Source: an uncultured Flavobacteriaceae bacterium
Lineage (GTDB): Bacteria > Bacteroidota > Bacteroidia > Flavobacteriales > Flavobacteriaceae
Assembly (NCBI GenBank): GCA_913031185.1
Contig: CAJWDI010000001.1
Coordinates: 1-60,074, forward strand
DNA: 60,074 bases
Reading direction: 5' to 3'
The position numbers were made by a program, and so were the translations under genes. Of the stretch, positions 50,101 to 60,074 are shown one piece after another. Each line of letters opens with the position of its first letter. Position 1 is the stretch's first letter. Below the pieces are notes generated by a model. The model was not told the DNA's origin. It was given only the letters and a program-made list of their open reading frames with translations, and made no database searches.

Positions 50101-50810
50101 GCTTCTACCATAGAGTGGTAAACGTTTTGAACATCATCGTCGGCTTCAATTTTTTCTAATAATTTTTCGACATCTGCCATTTGCGCTTCCGTCAATGCTT
50201 TTGTAGTTTGAGGAATGCGTTCAAAACCTGAGGATAAAATTTCGATGCCTCGGGCTTCTAGCTCCGATTGAATAGCGCCAAAAGATTCAAATGGGGCATA
50301 AATCAACATACCATCCTCATCCAAAAACACTTCTTCAGCACCATAATCGATGAATTCCAATTCAATCTCTTCTGGGTCTAATCCCTCCGCATTGATTCTA
50401 AAATTACAACTGTGATCAAACATAAAAACAACCGAACCTGAAGTCCCTAAATTTCCGTCACATTTGTTAAAATAACTGCGAATATTTGCAACTGTTCTGG
50501 TGTTGTTGTCAGTAGCAGTTTCTACCAAAATCGCAATCCCATGGGGTCCATAGCCTTCAAATAAAACTTCCTTAAAATCGCCTTGACTCTTATCGCTAGC
50601 TCTTTTAATTGCACGTTCGATATTATCTTTCGGCATGTTTACGGATTTGGCATTTTGAATGACAGCACGCAATCTCGAATTGTTCTCAGGATCACCACCA
50701 CCTTCTTTAACGGCCATGACAATGTCTTTGCCAATCCGAGTAAATGCCTTGCTCATTGCCGACCAACGTTTCATTTTTCTAGCTTTTCTGAATTCAAATG
50801 CTCTTCCCAT
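50097..50810 (-). CDS. yebC: YebC/PmpR family protein
   Basis: MGRAFEFRK, MPKDNIERAI, EGYGPHG, TDNNTRT, DDDVQNVY. -7 box at 50831-50838. Confidence 0.95.
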   Translation of the reverse strand: MGRAFEFRKARKMKRWSAMSKAFTRIGKDIVMAVKEGGGDPENNSRLRAVIQNAKSVNMPKDNIERAIKRASDKSQGDFKEVLFEGYGPHGIAILVETATDNNTRTVANIRSYFNKCDGNLGTSGSVVFMFDHSCNFRINAEGLDPEEIELEFIDYGAEEVFLDEDGMLIYAPFESFGAIQSELEARGIEILSSGFERIPQTTKALTEAQMADVEKLLEKIEADDDVQNVYHSMVEA

Positions 50811-50845
50811 ATTTGTTATTTACTGAGTTACAAATTTATAAATTA

Positions 50846-51679
50846 TTAAGGGGTTTTAAAAAGCTCGTTCAAGACATCTTGGCATTTAAACTGCAAATAC
50901 TTTGGTAATGCATTGTATTTTGGTAATACGGCTAGGTAGCGTTCATTATTCGTGGTGTAAACGAATTTATATTTAGCGGTTTTAATTCCCAAAGATCCGG
51001 TTAAATCTTTAATAAAATCTTCGTGGTGCACCAAGTCGGTACTACCGCAGTGAAAAATCCCATTCTTATTTCTGTTTATAATATAATGCAACTGTCGGGT
51101 CATTCTATCTGCAGAGCATACATTCATGACAAGGTTGGGAAACAGTTCAATAGCGGCCTCTAATTGATGCAGTTGTTTAATTTCCTGAATACGATGTGAT
51201 TTTAATCCAAATACCATGGGAAGTCTAAGTATGGCCCATTGTTGTTTTGGCAGTTTCTGAAGTTGGTGTTCAATTCGAATTTTAAGATGTCCATAAATGC
51301 TATTGCTAAGCCTTGTATCATTTTCATAACTCGGATACTTACTATAAGCATCAAAAACATTGGCGGAAGACAAAAATAAAATTTTGATTTTTGATTGATC
51401 TTTTAAATGTTCATAAATATGACGATGGGCTGTGACTTGTGCTGGAAATGGCCCTTTGAGCGCTGAAATTATAAGGGACGGTTTTAGAGATTCAATAAGA
51501 TTAACGACATCATCCGATTCAAGGCTATATTTGTAGAAATGTTTATTGGATTTAAAGTTATTGCTATCTTTATGATAGGTTCCGAATGTTTTATAATACG
51601 GGGCTAATTCTTTATAAATGGAATGGCCTAAAAATCCACTAGCACCCAATATCAGAATACGGTGTTTTTTAGCTTTCAT
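50846..51679 (-). CDS. RmlD-like SDR / sugar nucleotide-binding protein
   Basis: ILILGASGFLG, FLSSANVF, YGHLK (YxxxK), LRLPMVFG. Confidence 0.82.
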   Translation of the reverse strand: MKAKKHRILILGASGFLGHSIYKELAPYYKTFGTYHKDSNNFKSNKHFYKYSLESDDVVNLIESLKPSLIISALKGPFPAQVTAHRHIYEHLKDQSKIKILFLSSANVFDAYSKYPSYENDTRLSNSIYGHLKIRIEHQLQKLPKQQWAILRLPMVFGLKSHRIQEIKQLHQLEAAIELFPNLVMNVCSADRMTRQLHYIINRNKNGIFHCGSTDLVHHEDFIKDLTGSLGIKTAKYKFVYTTNNERYLAVLPKYNALPKYLQFKCQDVLNELFKTP

Positions 51680-51688
51680 TTCCTCAAT

Positions 51689-52771
51689 TTAGGGTTTATA
51701 AAAAGGGGTTTTAACAACAGCGGCTGTAACAATATTTTTCCGAATTTTAATACCAATTGGCGTTCCAACCGCAGTATAATTAGTTTTTACATAGCCCATG
51801 CCAATTCCTTTTCCTAGAGAAGGGGACATGGTTCCAGAAGTTACTTCTCCTATTGTCAATCCGTCGGCACCAACGATTTCATAACCTTTTCTCGGAATGC
51901 CGCGTTCGAGAAGTTCAAATCCGATTAATTTGTGTTTAACACCTTCTTTGGATTCTTTTTGAAGGTTGTCGGAATTTGTAAAGGTTTTTGAGAATTTTGT
52001 AATCCAGCCCAAACCAGCTTCAATGGGGGAGGTGTTGTCGTCAATGTCATTTCCATACAAGCAATAACCCATTTCAAGGCGCAAAGTGTCGCGTGCAGCC
52101 AATCCAATGGGTTTGATTCCGAATGAATTCCCCGCTTCAAAAATCGAATTCCAAATGTGTTTTACATCTTTATTCTTACAATATATTTCAAATCCACCAC
52201 TGCCGGTATAACCTGTTGCAGAGATGATAACGCCATCGATACCTGCAAAATCACCTTCTTTAAAGTGATAGAATTTTATAGCACCTAAATCAAAACTAGA
52301 GAGTGGCTGCATGGCCTCAACGGCTGCTGGGCCTTGGATGGCCAAAAGCGAATAGTCATCACTTAGGTTTTTCATTTTTACATTTTCAGAATTTTTAGAT
52401 TGTATCCAATTCCAATCTTTTTCGATATTACTCGCATTGACTACAAGGAGAAAAGCCAGTTCTTTAAGTCTGTAAACAATTAAATCGTCGACAATGCCAC
52501 CATTCGAATTGGGAAGACAACTGTACTGTGCTTGTCCAATTGCCAAATGCGTAGCATCGTTGGAGCATACCGATTGCACTAAGTTTAAAGCGTTTGGACC
52601 TTCAATTAAAAACTCTCCCATGTGTGAGACGTCAAAAACACCTACTGAATTTCTAACAGTAATATGTTCTGCATTAACACCTTCGTATTGAACGGGCATT
52701 TCATAACCAGCAAAAGGAACCATTTTGGCGCCTAAAGCCTTGTGTATTTCGTAAAGGGCAGTTTGTTTCAT
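51689..52771 (-). CDS. gcvT: Glycine cleavage system aminomethyltransferase T
   Basis: [48 protein letters not shown]. Confidence 0.97.
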   Translation of the reverse strand: MKQTALYEIHKALGAKMVPFAGYEMPVQYEGVNAEHITVRNSVGVFDVSHMGEFLIEGPNALNLVQSVCSNDATHLAIGQAQYSCLPNSNGGIVDDLIVYRLKELAFLLVVNASNIEKDWNWIQSKNSENVKMKNLSDDYSLLAIQGPAAVEAMQPLSSFDLGAIKFYHFKEGDFAGIDGVIISATGYTGSGGFEIYCKNKDVKHIWNSIFEAGNSFGIKPIGLAARDTLRLEMGYCLYGNDIDDNTSPIEAGLGWITKFSKTFTNSDNLQKESKEGVKHKLIGFELLERGIPRKGYEIVGADGLTIGEVTSGTMSPSLGKGIGMGYVKTNYTAVGTPIGIKIRKNIVTAAVVKTPFYKP

Positions 52772-52822
52772 GAGTGTAAATATAGATTGCTAATTTAAGT
52801 AATTTTACAATCTATTTGATAC

Positions 52823-54115
52823 TCATAAGACTGATAAATTTGCTTTGAAATCAGCGTAATTTGCTATGGATATTGCTTTTTTTGGGCGCCCCATGACTGC
52901 TTTGATTTGAGGTGGAAACTCAATATCCTCTGTAACAAGGGGTTGTACAACATCTAAAAATTTTGTCGGATGCGCAGTTTCTAAAAATACGCTGTGTACT
53001 TTTGGATTTTCTTTCGAATAATTTTTGCAGCCCAAATAGCCAACTGCGCCATGTGGGTCTGCAATGTAACCTGAAGATTTATAAATGGAATCAATGGCAT
53101 CGCGAGTTTCCTCATCAGAAAAACGATAACCGGATAAGTTAGACTTTAATGTCTCAAAATTGTTGTACAAGGCTTGGATCCTCACGAAATTACTTGGGTT
53201 GCCAACATCCATGGCATTGCTAATCGTTTGAACCGTGGCCAAGGGCATATATTCTTTTGAAGATAAATAGCGTGTAACGACATCATTTTCATTGTTTGAA
53301 GCAATAAAATGGGGAAACGGAAATCCCAATTTCTGTGCCACCATTCCAGCACAAATATTTCCGAAGTTCCCGCTAGGAACCGAAAACACTAAGGGTTTGT
53401 TGTGTTGTTTGAGTTGTTTATAGGCAAACATAAAGTAGAACATCTGTGGCAACCAACGTGCGACATTGATGGAATTCGCAGAAGTTAATTCTTTTTTTGT
53501 GGTCAAATCTTTATCTAAAAAAGCTTTTTTAACCATATCCTGGCAATCGTCAAATGTGCCTTCAACTTCAAAGGCTGTAATGTTTTGTCCTAGCGTTGTA
53601 AGTTGTTGTTCTTGTACGTTACTGACTTTCCCACTAGGGTATAAAATAACAACTTTTACCCCTTTCACACCAAGAAACCCGTTTGCAACGGCCCCTCCAG
53701 TATCACCAGAGGTTGCTACTAATACGGTTACTTCTTTATCATTATCTTTATTAAAATATTCAAGACAACGTGCCATAAATCGGGCGCCAACATCTTTAAA
53801 CGCCATTGTAGGTCCATGAAAAAGTTCGAGTGTTGAAATGTGATTTTCAATAGCAACAATAGGAAATTCAAAGTTTAGTGTTTCTTTGACTATATTTTTT
53901 AACTCTGATTCAGGGATTTCTGAGCCAACGAATTGTTTTATGGCTTGAAAAGCAATTTCCGAATTAGAAAATTGTTCCAAATTTTCAAAAAAAGATGAAT
54001 CTAAAGGCGTTATTTTTTCAGGGAAATAAAGTCCTTTGTCTGGTGCCAACCCTTTTCTAACCGCAGTTTCAAATGAGGCCTTAGGTGCTTTATTATTTAG
54101 ACTGTAGTATTGCAT
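52823..54115 (-). CDS. thrC: Threonine synthase
   Basis: LELFHGPTMAFKD (PLP Lys), ATSGDTG, SANSIN, VPSGNFG, TAHPTKF. Confidence 0.97.
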   Translation of the reverse strand: MQYYSLNNKAPKASFETAVRKGLAPDKGLYFPEKITPLDSSFFENLEQFSNSEIAFQAIKQFVGSEIPESELKNIVKETLNFEFPIVAIENHISTLELFHGPTMAFKDVGARFMARCLEYFNKDNDKEVTVLVATSGDTGGAVANGFLGVKGVKVVILYPSGKVSNVQEQQLTTLGQNITAFEVEGTFDDCQDMVKKAFLDKDLTTKKELTSANSINVARWLPQMFYFMFAYKQLKQHNKPLVFSVPSGNFGNICAGMVAQKLGFPFPHFIASNNENDVVTRYLSSKEYMPLATVQTISNAMDVGNPSNFVRIQALYNNFETLKSNLSGYRFSDEETRDAIDSIYKSSGYIADPHGAVGYLGCKNYSKENPKVHSVFLETAHPTKFLDVVQPLVTEDIEFPPQIKAVMGRPKKAISIANYADFKANLSVL

Positions 54116-54121
54116 GATTTT

Positions 54122-55045
54122 TTAGGACAAAATTTTAATGCCTTCTGTATTAATTTTTGATATGTGGGTTTCAAAAGGAATGCCGATGTTGGTCATAAAA
54201 CGGCGTTGATTGGCTTCAACTTTTCTAGCATTTTCTAATCCCTCGCACAAACTAAACAGAGATGGACCAGAACCAGAAATTGAGCATCCCAAAGCACCAC
54301 TTTCTAAACTTATTTTCCTAAGGCTGTTAAATTTTGGTATCAGTTTGCTTCGATGGGGCTCAATGACAACATCTTTTAGGGATTTACCTATTAGATTGTA
54401 ATCGGATGTGTGCAGTGCATGTACCAAACTCCCCACATTAGACCATTGTGTTATGGCGTCTGAAAGTGCTACAGTTTTGGGTAATACTGCTCTTGAATCA
54501 GCAGTTTTAATTTCAATTTGTGGATGTACAATGACCGCATGTAAAGCCTTAGGGGTAGGCAGTTGAATTACCTCCAAGGGATTGTTTTGTTTGACAAGCG
54601 TAAAACCGCCCAAAATGGCTGGTGCAATGTTATCTGCATGTTCACTTTTACTTGCAACGGCTTCGCCGTTCATTGCAAATTTTATGAGGTCAATTTTATC
54701 AAATGCATTGTCCAATAAATAATTCATTCCAAAAACACTTCCTGCTGCACTAGCAGCGCTGCTTCCAATCCCACTACCAGGTTTTATCTGTTTATAGATT
54801 TCAATTTCAAATCCAAAGTCAACATTCAATTCATTGTACATGGCTAGAGCGGATACACCGGCCACATTTTCATGGACAGCATAAGGCAATTCAAAACCTT
54901 CAATTTTGGTGATAAAAATGCCCTTTCGTTGAGTTTTCCTGATAACCATTTGGTCCCCAACCTTGTCTAAACATAACCCCAAGACATCAAAGCCACATCC
55001 AACATTGGCCACTGTAGCAGGTGAGAAAATTTTGATTGAATCCAT
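54122..55045 (-). CDS. thrB: Homoserine kinase
   Basis: PATVANVGCGFD, PGSGIGSSAAS (GHMP), HADN, ISGSGPS. Confidence 0.96.
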   Translation of the reverse strand: MDSIKIFSPATVANVGCGFDVLGLCLDKVGDQMVIRKTQRKGIFITKIEGFELPYAVHENVAGVSALAMYNELNVDFGFEIEIYKQIKPGSGIGSSAASAAGSVFGMNYLLDNAFDKIDLIKFAMNGEAVASKSEHADNIAPAILGGFTLVKQNNPLEVIQLPTPKALHAVIVHPQIEIKTADSRAVLPKTVALSDAITQWSNVGSLVHALHTSDYNLIGKSLKDVVIEPHRSKLIPKFNSLRKISLESGALGCSISGSGPSLFSLCEGLENARKVEANQRRFMTNIGIPFETHISKINTEGIKILS

Positions 55046-55047
55046 GT

Positions 55048-57498
55048 TTAAATAGTTGATGCTCTAATGATATCGGCAAATAGTCCCGAAGCAGTTACTT
55101 CTGCGCCAGCACCAGCCCCCTTGACGATTAAAGGCTGGTCCGTATAACGATTGGTATAAAACATGACAATATTATCTTTACCTTCAAGGTTAAAAAACGG
55201 ATGCCCTTCTTCAATGGACTGCAATCCAACTTTGGCTTTACCGTCTTTGAATTCCGCTACATATTTTAACTGCGCATTTTTGTTTTTGGCAGCCTCATAA
55301 ATTGCTTTGAAAACACTTTCTTGCGATTCTATAAATGTATAAAATTCTTTTACACTGTTAGCCTCCATTGCACCATTGGGTAGAAAGGAGCTGTTTTCAA
55401 TGGCTTCCATATCAATGGAAAACCCAGATTCTCTAGCCAAGATTAATAGTTTTCTTGCCACATCTACACCACTTAAATCGATCCGTGGATCGGGTTCTGT
55501 ATAACCTTCTAACTGCGCTTGTTTTACAATGTTTGCAAATTTTTTATCTCCATTGTAATTATTGAAAATAAAATTTAAACTTCCGGATAAAACAGCATAA
55601 ATTGCTTGTATTTGATCTCCAGAAGCCACTAAATTATTTAACGTATCGATTACTGGAAGTCCAGCCCCAACATTCGTTTCAAACAAGAATGGCGCATTAT
55701 ACTTAATAGACAATTGCTTTAATTCTTGGTAGTAGTCAAGGGCACCTGAACAGGCTATTTTATTACAGGCAATTACAGCAATACTTTCTCTTAAATAATG
55801 TGCATAAGTATCGGCAATGCTTGCATTGGCGGTAACGTCTACAAAAACAGAATTTCTAAGATTCATTTGTTTTGCACATTCAAAAAATTCTAATGGAGAA
55901 ACAGAGGCGCCGGATTCAAGTTTACTGTACCAAGAATCCAAATCAACACCGTCTGAGTCAAATGTCATTTTTTTAGAATTACAAATCCCAACAACTTTAA
56001 GCTTTAATTTAAGATTAGTTTTTACGTAATCTTGCTGTTGTTGTATTTGGCTAAGCAAAGTGCTACCAACATTTCCAACTCCAGCAATAAATAAGTTTAA
56101 ATGTTTTGTCTCAACCTCAAAAAACGATTCGTGGAGGCAGTTGAGCGCTTTTTTAACATCATTTTTAGAAATAACAGCTGTAATATTTCTTTCTGAAGCC
56201 CCTTGAGCAATGGCGCGAATATTAACATTGTTTTTCCCCAAGGTACTGAACATTTTTCCGCTGATACCCTGATGGTTTTTCATTTTATCTCCTATAACGG
56301 CCACAATTGATAGCTGAGACTCTGAAACAATAGGGTCAATTTTTAAAAGTGAAATTTCATTTTCAAATTCTTTATCAATGCTTTGCTTTGCGCGAACTGC
56401 ATCATTCTCGGATACACCAACGCAAATGGAGTGTTCAGAAGAGGCTTGTGTTGTGATAATGATGTTAATTTTTTCATTGGCAAGGGTTTCAAATAAGCGT
56501 TTTGAAAACCCAGGAATACCTACCATTCCATTACCTTGCAGGGTCAGCAAGGAGATGTCATTGACATTACTTATGCCTTTGATTGGATTGTTGGAACCGT
56601 TGTTAACGTTTTGTGTTATAAGTGTACCCGACTCTTCAGGTGCTAAGGTGTTTTTTATAAGAATGGGAATGTTTTTGGTCAATACAGGCAATACCGTCGG
56701 CGGGTACAGTACCTTTGCACCAAAATGTGACAACTCTATGGCTTCTAAATAGGATAGTTTTGCGATGGGTTTGGCCTGTTTGACCAGTTTGGGATTGGTG
56801 GTGTACATCCCACTGACATCAGTCCATATTTCTAAAGCATCAACTTGTAGTGCAGCTGCAACAATAGCAGCTGTGTAATCTGAACCACCACGGCCAAGGG
56901 TTGTGATTTCGTCCAATTCGGATTTCGATATAAACCCAGGTAATATGGTAATCATTTTTGAGTTATTTTCGAAATAAGTTCGAATGTTGTCATTGGTTTC
57001 TTCAAATTGAACTAACGCATTTGTAAAACTTGAATCAGTGACGATTAAATTTTGGCTGTTTTTAAGTTGTACATTTAAGCCCTGTTGCTGCATATATTCA
57101 AAAATTATCAACGAAGAAATCAATTCTCCAAAACTCAAAAGCTTATCGGTAGTTTGAATAGATAATTCATTGATTAAATAAATTCCCTCTAATAATTTTT
57201 CAAGTTCAGATAATTTTTCCAAAACTAAATCTTTTGTCTCTTCTAATGAAGCTCCGGAAAGCAAGCCCTCAATGATTTCAATGTGCTGTTTTTTAATTTG
57301 ATTAAAATCAGTCTTGTAGTCCAAGTTTCCTTGAATGGCTTTTTTGGATGCGGCCATGAGTTTATCTGTAATGCCACCGACCGCAGAAACCACAACTACA
57401 ATAGCAGTATTTTCAGCTTTGGTTTTGACAATTTTCGCAACTCTTTGGATATTTTCTGAGGAACCGACCGAAGTGCCTCCAAATTTTAAAACTTTCAT
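55048..57498 (-). CDS. thrA: Bifunctional aspartate kinase/homoserine dehydrogenase I
   Basis: VLKFGGTSV, TLGRGGSD, WTDV, ACT domains, GVGNVG, ETNVGAGLP, GYTEPDPRIDLSG, GAGAGAEVTA. Confidence 0.97.
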   Translation of the reverse strand: MKVLKFGGTSVGSSENIQRVAKIVKTKAENTAIVVVVSAVGGITDKLMAASKKAIQGNLDYKTDFNQIKKQHIEIIEGLLSGASLEETKDLVLEKLSELEKLLEGIYLINELSIQTTDKLLSFGELISSLIIFEYMQQQGLNVQLKNSQNLIVTDSSFTNALVQFEETNDNIRTYFENNSKMITILPGFISKSELDEITTLGRGGSDYTAAIVAAALQVDALEIWTDVSGMYTTNPKLVKQAKPIAKLSYLEAIELSHFGAKVLYPPTVLPVLTKNIPILIKNTLAPEESGTLITQNVNNGSNNPIKGISNVNDISLLTLQGNGMVGIPGFSKRLFETLANEKINIIITTQASSEHSICVGVSENDAVRAKQSIDKEFENEISLLKIDPIVSESQLSIVAVIGDKMKNHQGISGKMFSTLGKNNVNIRAIAQGASERNITAVISKNDVKKALNCLHESFFEVETKHLNLFIAGVGNVGSTLLSQIQQQQDYVKTNLKLKLKVVGICNSKKMTFDSDGVDLDSWYSKLESGASVSPLEFFECAKQMNLRNSVFVDVTANASIADTYAHYLRESIAVIACNKIACSGALDYYQELKQLSIKYNAPFLFETNVGAGLPVIDTLNNLVASGDQIQAIYAVLSGSLNFIFNNYNGDKKFANIVKQAQLEGYTEPDPRIDLSGVDVARKLLILARESGFSIDMEAIENSSFLPNGAMEANSVKEFYTFIESQESVFKAIYEAAKNKNAQLKYVAEFKDGKAKVGLQSIEEGHPFFNLEGKDNIVMFYTNRYTDQPLIVKGAGAGAEVTASGLFADIIRASTI

Positions 57499-57557
57499 TA
57501 TTAATTAATTGATTTAGATATAAGTGTTGTTAAAACAACTTTTAAACATGGCGAAAA

Positions 57558-57686
57558 CTATGATATAAAGCACCCCAAAGGGGTGATGATAGTGGTGATA
57601 GTGGTGATAGTCATAGAGGCTATAATACCAACGAAGAAGAAGGAATTAAAGGTGTTGTTTGATGATATCTCGTTGCGTAAATGCAT
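57558..57686 (-). CDS. Thr/Ile-rich thr operon leader peptide (ThrL-like)
   Basis: ATG 57686 to TAG 57558 encodes MHLRNEISSNNTFNSFFFVGIIASMTITTITTIITPLGCFIS. Ten consecutive Thr/Ile codons, an internal ATG at 57614, and the stop lies 59 nt upstream of thrA. Confidence 0.8.
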   Translation of the reverse strand: MHLRNEISSNNTFNSFFFVGIIASMTITTITTIITPLGCFIS

Positions 57687-57705
57687 AACCCAAAAAAATT
57701 AATTT

Positions 57706-57713
57706 CAAAGCTA
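57706..57713 (-). promoter_or_regulatory. -7 box (TAGCTTTG) for the thr leader/operon
   Basis: TAnnTTTG on the minus strand about 20 nt upstream of leader ATG 57686. Confidence 0.6.
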
Positions 57714-57852
57714 TTGTTTTTAGTGCATTAAAAATAACAAAATTCGAAAAATTACGAATTATTAACCTATGAGGTGAATCTCTTAAAATTTAATCAAAAA
57801 TTAGTTCAAATTTTAAGATTAATTCAATGAGTTAAAAAAGCTACACGAGAAA

Positions 57853-59127
57853 TTATTTTGAAGCTAATAGTTTTGTACGCACCTCTCCAAATCCAATTCT
57901 TAAGTTCTTGTTTTTACAGTAGCCGCGCAATACAACAGTGTCATTGTCTTCAATATAGACACGTTCTAATCCATTCTCTAATTTAACAGGTCTTTCCCCT
58001 TTCCATGCCAACTCTAACATAGAGCCATAAGAATCAGTTGTCGGACCAGAAATGGTACCACTACCCATCATATCCCCAGCATTGATGGGACAACCATTGA
58101 CCGAATGATGTGCCAATTGTTGGGCCATGTTCCAATACATGTATTTGAAATTTGATCGGGTGACAACAGTTTCTTTGGAGTCTTCAGGCTGAATGGCAAC
58201 TTCTAGATGAATGTCAAAGCTTTTAAGGCCTTTGAACTGTAGGTAGGGCAGTGGTTCTGGGGATTGTTTTGGGGAGGCGACTCTAAAAGGTTCTAAAGCA
58301 TCTAAGGTTACAATCCAAGGCGATACTGAAGACGCAAAGTTTTTTCCAAGAAATGGTCCTAATGGTACATATTCCCAACGTTGAATATCACGCGCGCTCC
58401 AATCGTTAAAAAGCAGCAAGCCAAAAATATAAGATTCGGCATTCTCAATAGAAATGGTCTCTCCAAGTTCATTAGCATCCGTTGTGATAAAAGCCATTTC
58501 TAGCTCAAAATCAACCGCTTTACTAGGTCCAAAAACAGGCGTTTCAGAAGCCGGCGGAAGGGTTTGTCCTTTAGGACGTCTGATGGGTGTGTTAGAGGGA
58601 ATTATAGAAGAACTACGCCCGTGGTAGCCAACAGGTAAATGCAGCCAATTTGGCATCAATGCGTTCTCCTTACCGCGAAACATGGTTCCTACATTGGTAG
58701 CATGTTCCTTACTGGCATAAAAATCTGTGTAATCACCAATTTGAACCGGCAATTTCATTTCAATTTCATCCAATTTAAAAAGGATGGTATTCTTGTGTTT
58801 GGAATTTGATTTGAGGCTTGGATTGTTGGCGTCAAATAGTTCTGCAATTCTATTTCTGACTGCACGCCATGTTTGACGGCCCTCAGCGATAAAGTCATTT
58901 AAAGTGTCCTGAAGAAAAATATCTTGGGTTAATGGAATTCCATCAAAATAACCCAATTGGTGTAGCGCTGCAAGGTCAATGGCAGTGTCACCGATTCGCG
59001 TGCCAATGGTAATGACATCATCATTTGTTAAAAAGACACCAAATGGAATGTTTTGAATTGGAAAATCGGAGTTGAGGTCGACGTGTAGCCAAGTTGCACG
59101 ATCTGGGTTGTTAGCATAATTTGGCAT
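57853..59127 (-). CDS. fahA: Fumarylacetoacetase
   Basis: SDFPIQNIPFG, DYTDFYASKEHATNVG, PVGYHGRSSS, DFELE, NDWSARDIQRWEYVPLGPF, GSGTISG. Confidence 0.96.
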   Translation of the reverse strand: MPNYANNPDRATWLHVDLNSDFPIQNIPFGVFLTNDDVITIGTRIGDTAIDLAALHQLGYFDGIPLTQDIFLQDTLNDFIAEGRQTWRAVRNRIAELFDANNPSLKSNSKHKNTILFKLDEIEMKLPVQIGDYTDFYASKEHATNVGTMFRGKENALMPNWLHLPVGYHGRSSSIIPSNTPIRRPKGQTLPPASETPVFGPSKAVDFELEMAFITTDANELGETISIENAESYIFGLLLFNDWSARDIQRWEYVPLGPFLGKNFASSVSPWIVTLDALEPFRVASPKQSPEPLPYLQFKGLKSFDIHLEVAIQPEDSKETVVTRSNFKYMYWNMAQQLAHHSVNGCPINAGDMMGSGTISGPTTDSYGSMLELAWKGERPVKLENGLERVYIEDNDTVVLRGYCKNKNLRIGFGEVRTKLLASK

Positions 59128-59205
59128 GGCAATGAATGTTAATTAATTTTTAATAAATCTTTATTCAAATATATGTTTTTTAATGTATATGAGTGATGTT
59201 ATACT

Positions 59206-59213
59206 TATTTTTG
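59206..59213 (+). promoter_or_regulatory. -7 box (TATTTTTG) for glyA
   Basis: TAnnTTTG 26 nt before ATG 59240. A divergent box TATATTTG for fahA lies at 59166-59173. Confidence 0.55.
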
Positions 59214-59239
59214 CATAGTGTAATCTATAACTCAAACCT

Positions 59240-60074
59240 ATGCAACGCGACGAAGAAATTTTTGAACTCATACAAGCCGAAAAAAACCGTCAACTCAACG
59301 GTATTGAACTCATTGCTTCTGAGAACTTTACAAGTGAACAAGTCATGGAGGCTACGGGATCCGTTTTGACAAATAAATACGCAGAAGGTTATCCTGGCAA
59401 ACGGTATTACGGCGGCTGCGAAGTAGTGGACCAAGTGGAACAATTAGCGATCGACCGCGCCAAAACTCTTTTTGGAGCGGCTTGGGCCAATGTGCAACCG
59501 CATTCCGGCAGTCAAGCCAACACTGCAGTTTTTCATGCTTGTTTAAAGTTGGGCGATAAAATATTAGGTTTTGATTTGGCTCATGGTGGGCACCTCACTC
59601 ACGGCTCTCCAGTCAATTTTTCTGGGCGTTTATACAACCCTGTGTTCTATGGTGTTGAAAAAGAAACCGGAATGCTTGATTATGATAAAATTCAAGCCAT
59701 TGCAACGGCAGAACAGCCCAAGATGATCATTGCTGGGGCTTCGGCTTATTCCAGAGATATTGATTATAAGCGTTTTAGAGAAATTGCTGATAGTGTTGGT
59801 GCTCTTCTTTTAGGCGATATTTCACATCCTTCAGGATTAATTTCAAAGGGGATTTTAAACGATCCACTTCCACATTGTCATGTGGTCACGACGACCACGC
59901 ACAAAACCCTGCGTGGCCCTCGAGGTGGTCTTATCATGATGGGTAAAGATTTTGAAAATCCATTTGGTCTGACTTTTAAATCTGGAAAACCTAAAATGAT
60001 GTCATCCCTTTTAGATTCTGCCATTTTTCCAGGAAATCAAGGGGGACCTTTAGAACATGTAATTGCAGGGAAAG
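59240..60074 (+). CDS. glyA: Serine hydroxymethyltransferase (5' part, runs off window end)
   Basis: Open frame from ATG 59240: [66 protein letters not shown]. Confidence 0.97.
   Translation, partial: MQRDEEIFELIQAEKNRQLNGIELIASENFTSEQVMEATGSVLTNKYAEGYPGKRYYGGCEVVDQVEQLAIDRAKTLFGAAWANVQPHSGSQANTAVFHACLKLGDKILGFDLAHGGHLTHGSPVNFSGRLYNPVFYGVEKETGMLDYDKIQAIATAEQPKMIIAGASAYSRDIDYKRFREIADSVGALLLGDISHPSGLISKGILNDPLPHCHVVTTTTHKTLRGPRGGLIMMGKDFENPFGLTFKSGKPKMMSSLLDSAIFPGNQGGPLEHVIAGK

Noticed and set aside
886-56752. Numerous 60-140 aa ORFs nested in or antisense to long genes (e.g. 8750-9166, 53466-53819, 56378-56752)
   Set aside because: Typical antisense or alternative-frame shadows of well-supported housekeeping genes, with no motifs or independent expression signals.
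57781-57818. 11-bp inverted repeat TCTTAAAATTT/AAATTTTAAGA downstream of fahA
   Set aside because: Almost entirely A/T with a 16-nt loop. Too weak to call as a terminator or operator.
59225-59443. 72-aa minus-strand ORF
   Set aside because: Shadow ORF antisense to glyA, which the track missed because it runs off the window.

Overview
AT-rich, tightly packed bacterial chromosome segment, most likely from a marine Flavobacteriaceae (Bacteroidota): TAnnTTTG -7 promoter boxes, a T9SS C-terminal sorting domain, a fused 2-oxoacid dehydrogenase E1 and Bacteroidota-type core genes. Most of it is housekeeping: tRNA-Ser 3' end, ribB, lptF/G-lolA-ftsK, katG, nhaC, uvrA/uvrD/recG, glmM, mnmE, pdxH, miaE, dnaX, RNase P RNA, rsmD, kdsB, gcvT, thrABC, fahA and the 5' part of glyA. 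An accessory block of about 7.4 kb follows mnmE (33080-40455). It holds a degenerate M23-like protein, a T9SS cargo gene with three upstream 21-bp LytTR-type direct repeats, an unannotated 51-aa Tat-like precursor predicted to release the 12-mer QSNPPPPGGFGF, a PNGase F surface lipoprotein on two Ig-like repeats, a hypothetical secreted protein and a quinone-dependent D-lactate dehydrogenase. Other signals missed by the ORF track are a Thr/Ile-rich leader peptide upstream of thrA, an A10/A_AAA_AAG recoding site in dnaX, a perfect 20-bp inverted repeat upstream of katG, and split kdnA/kdnB genes for Kdo8N LPS modification. No integrase, transposase or CRISPR array was seen. All family assignments come from motif recognition, not database searches.
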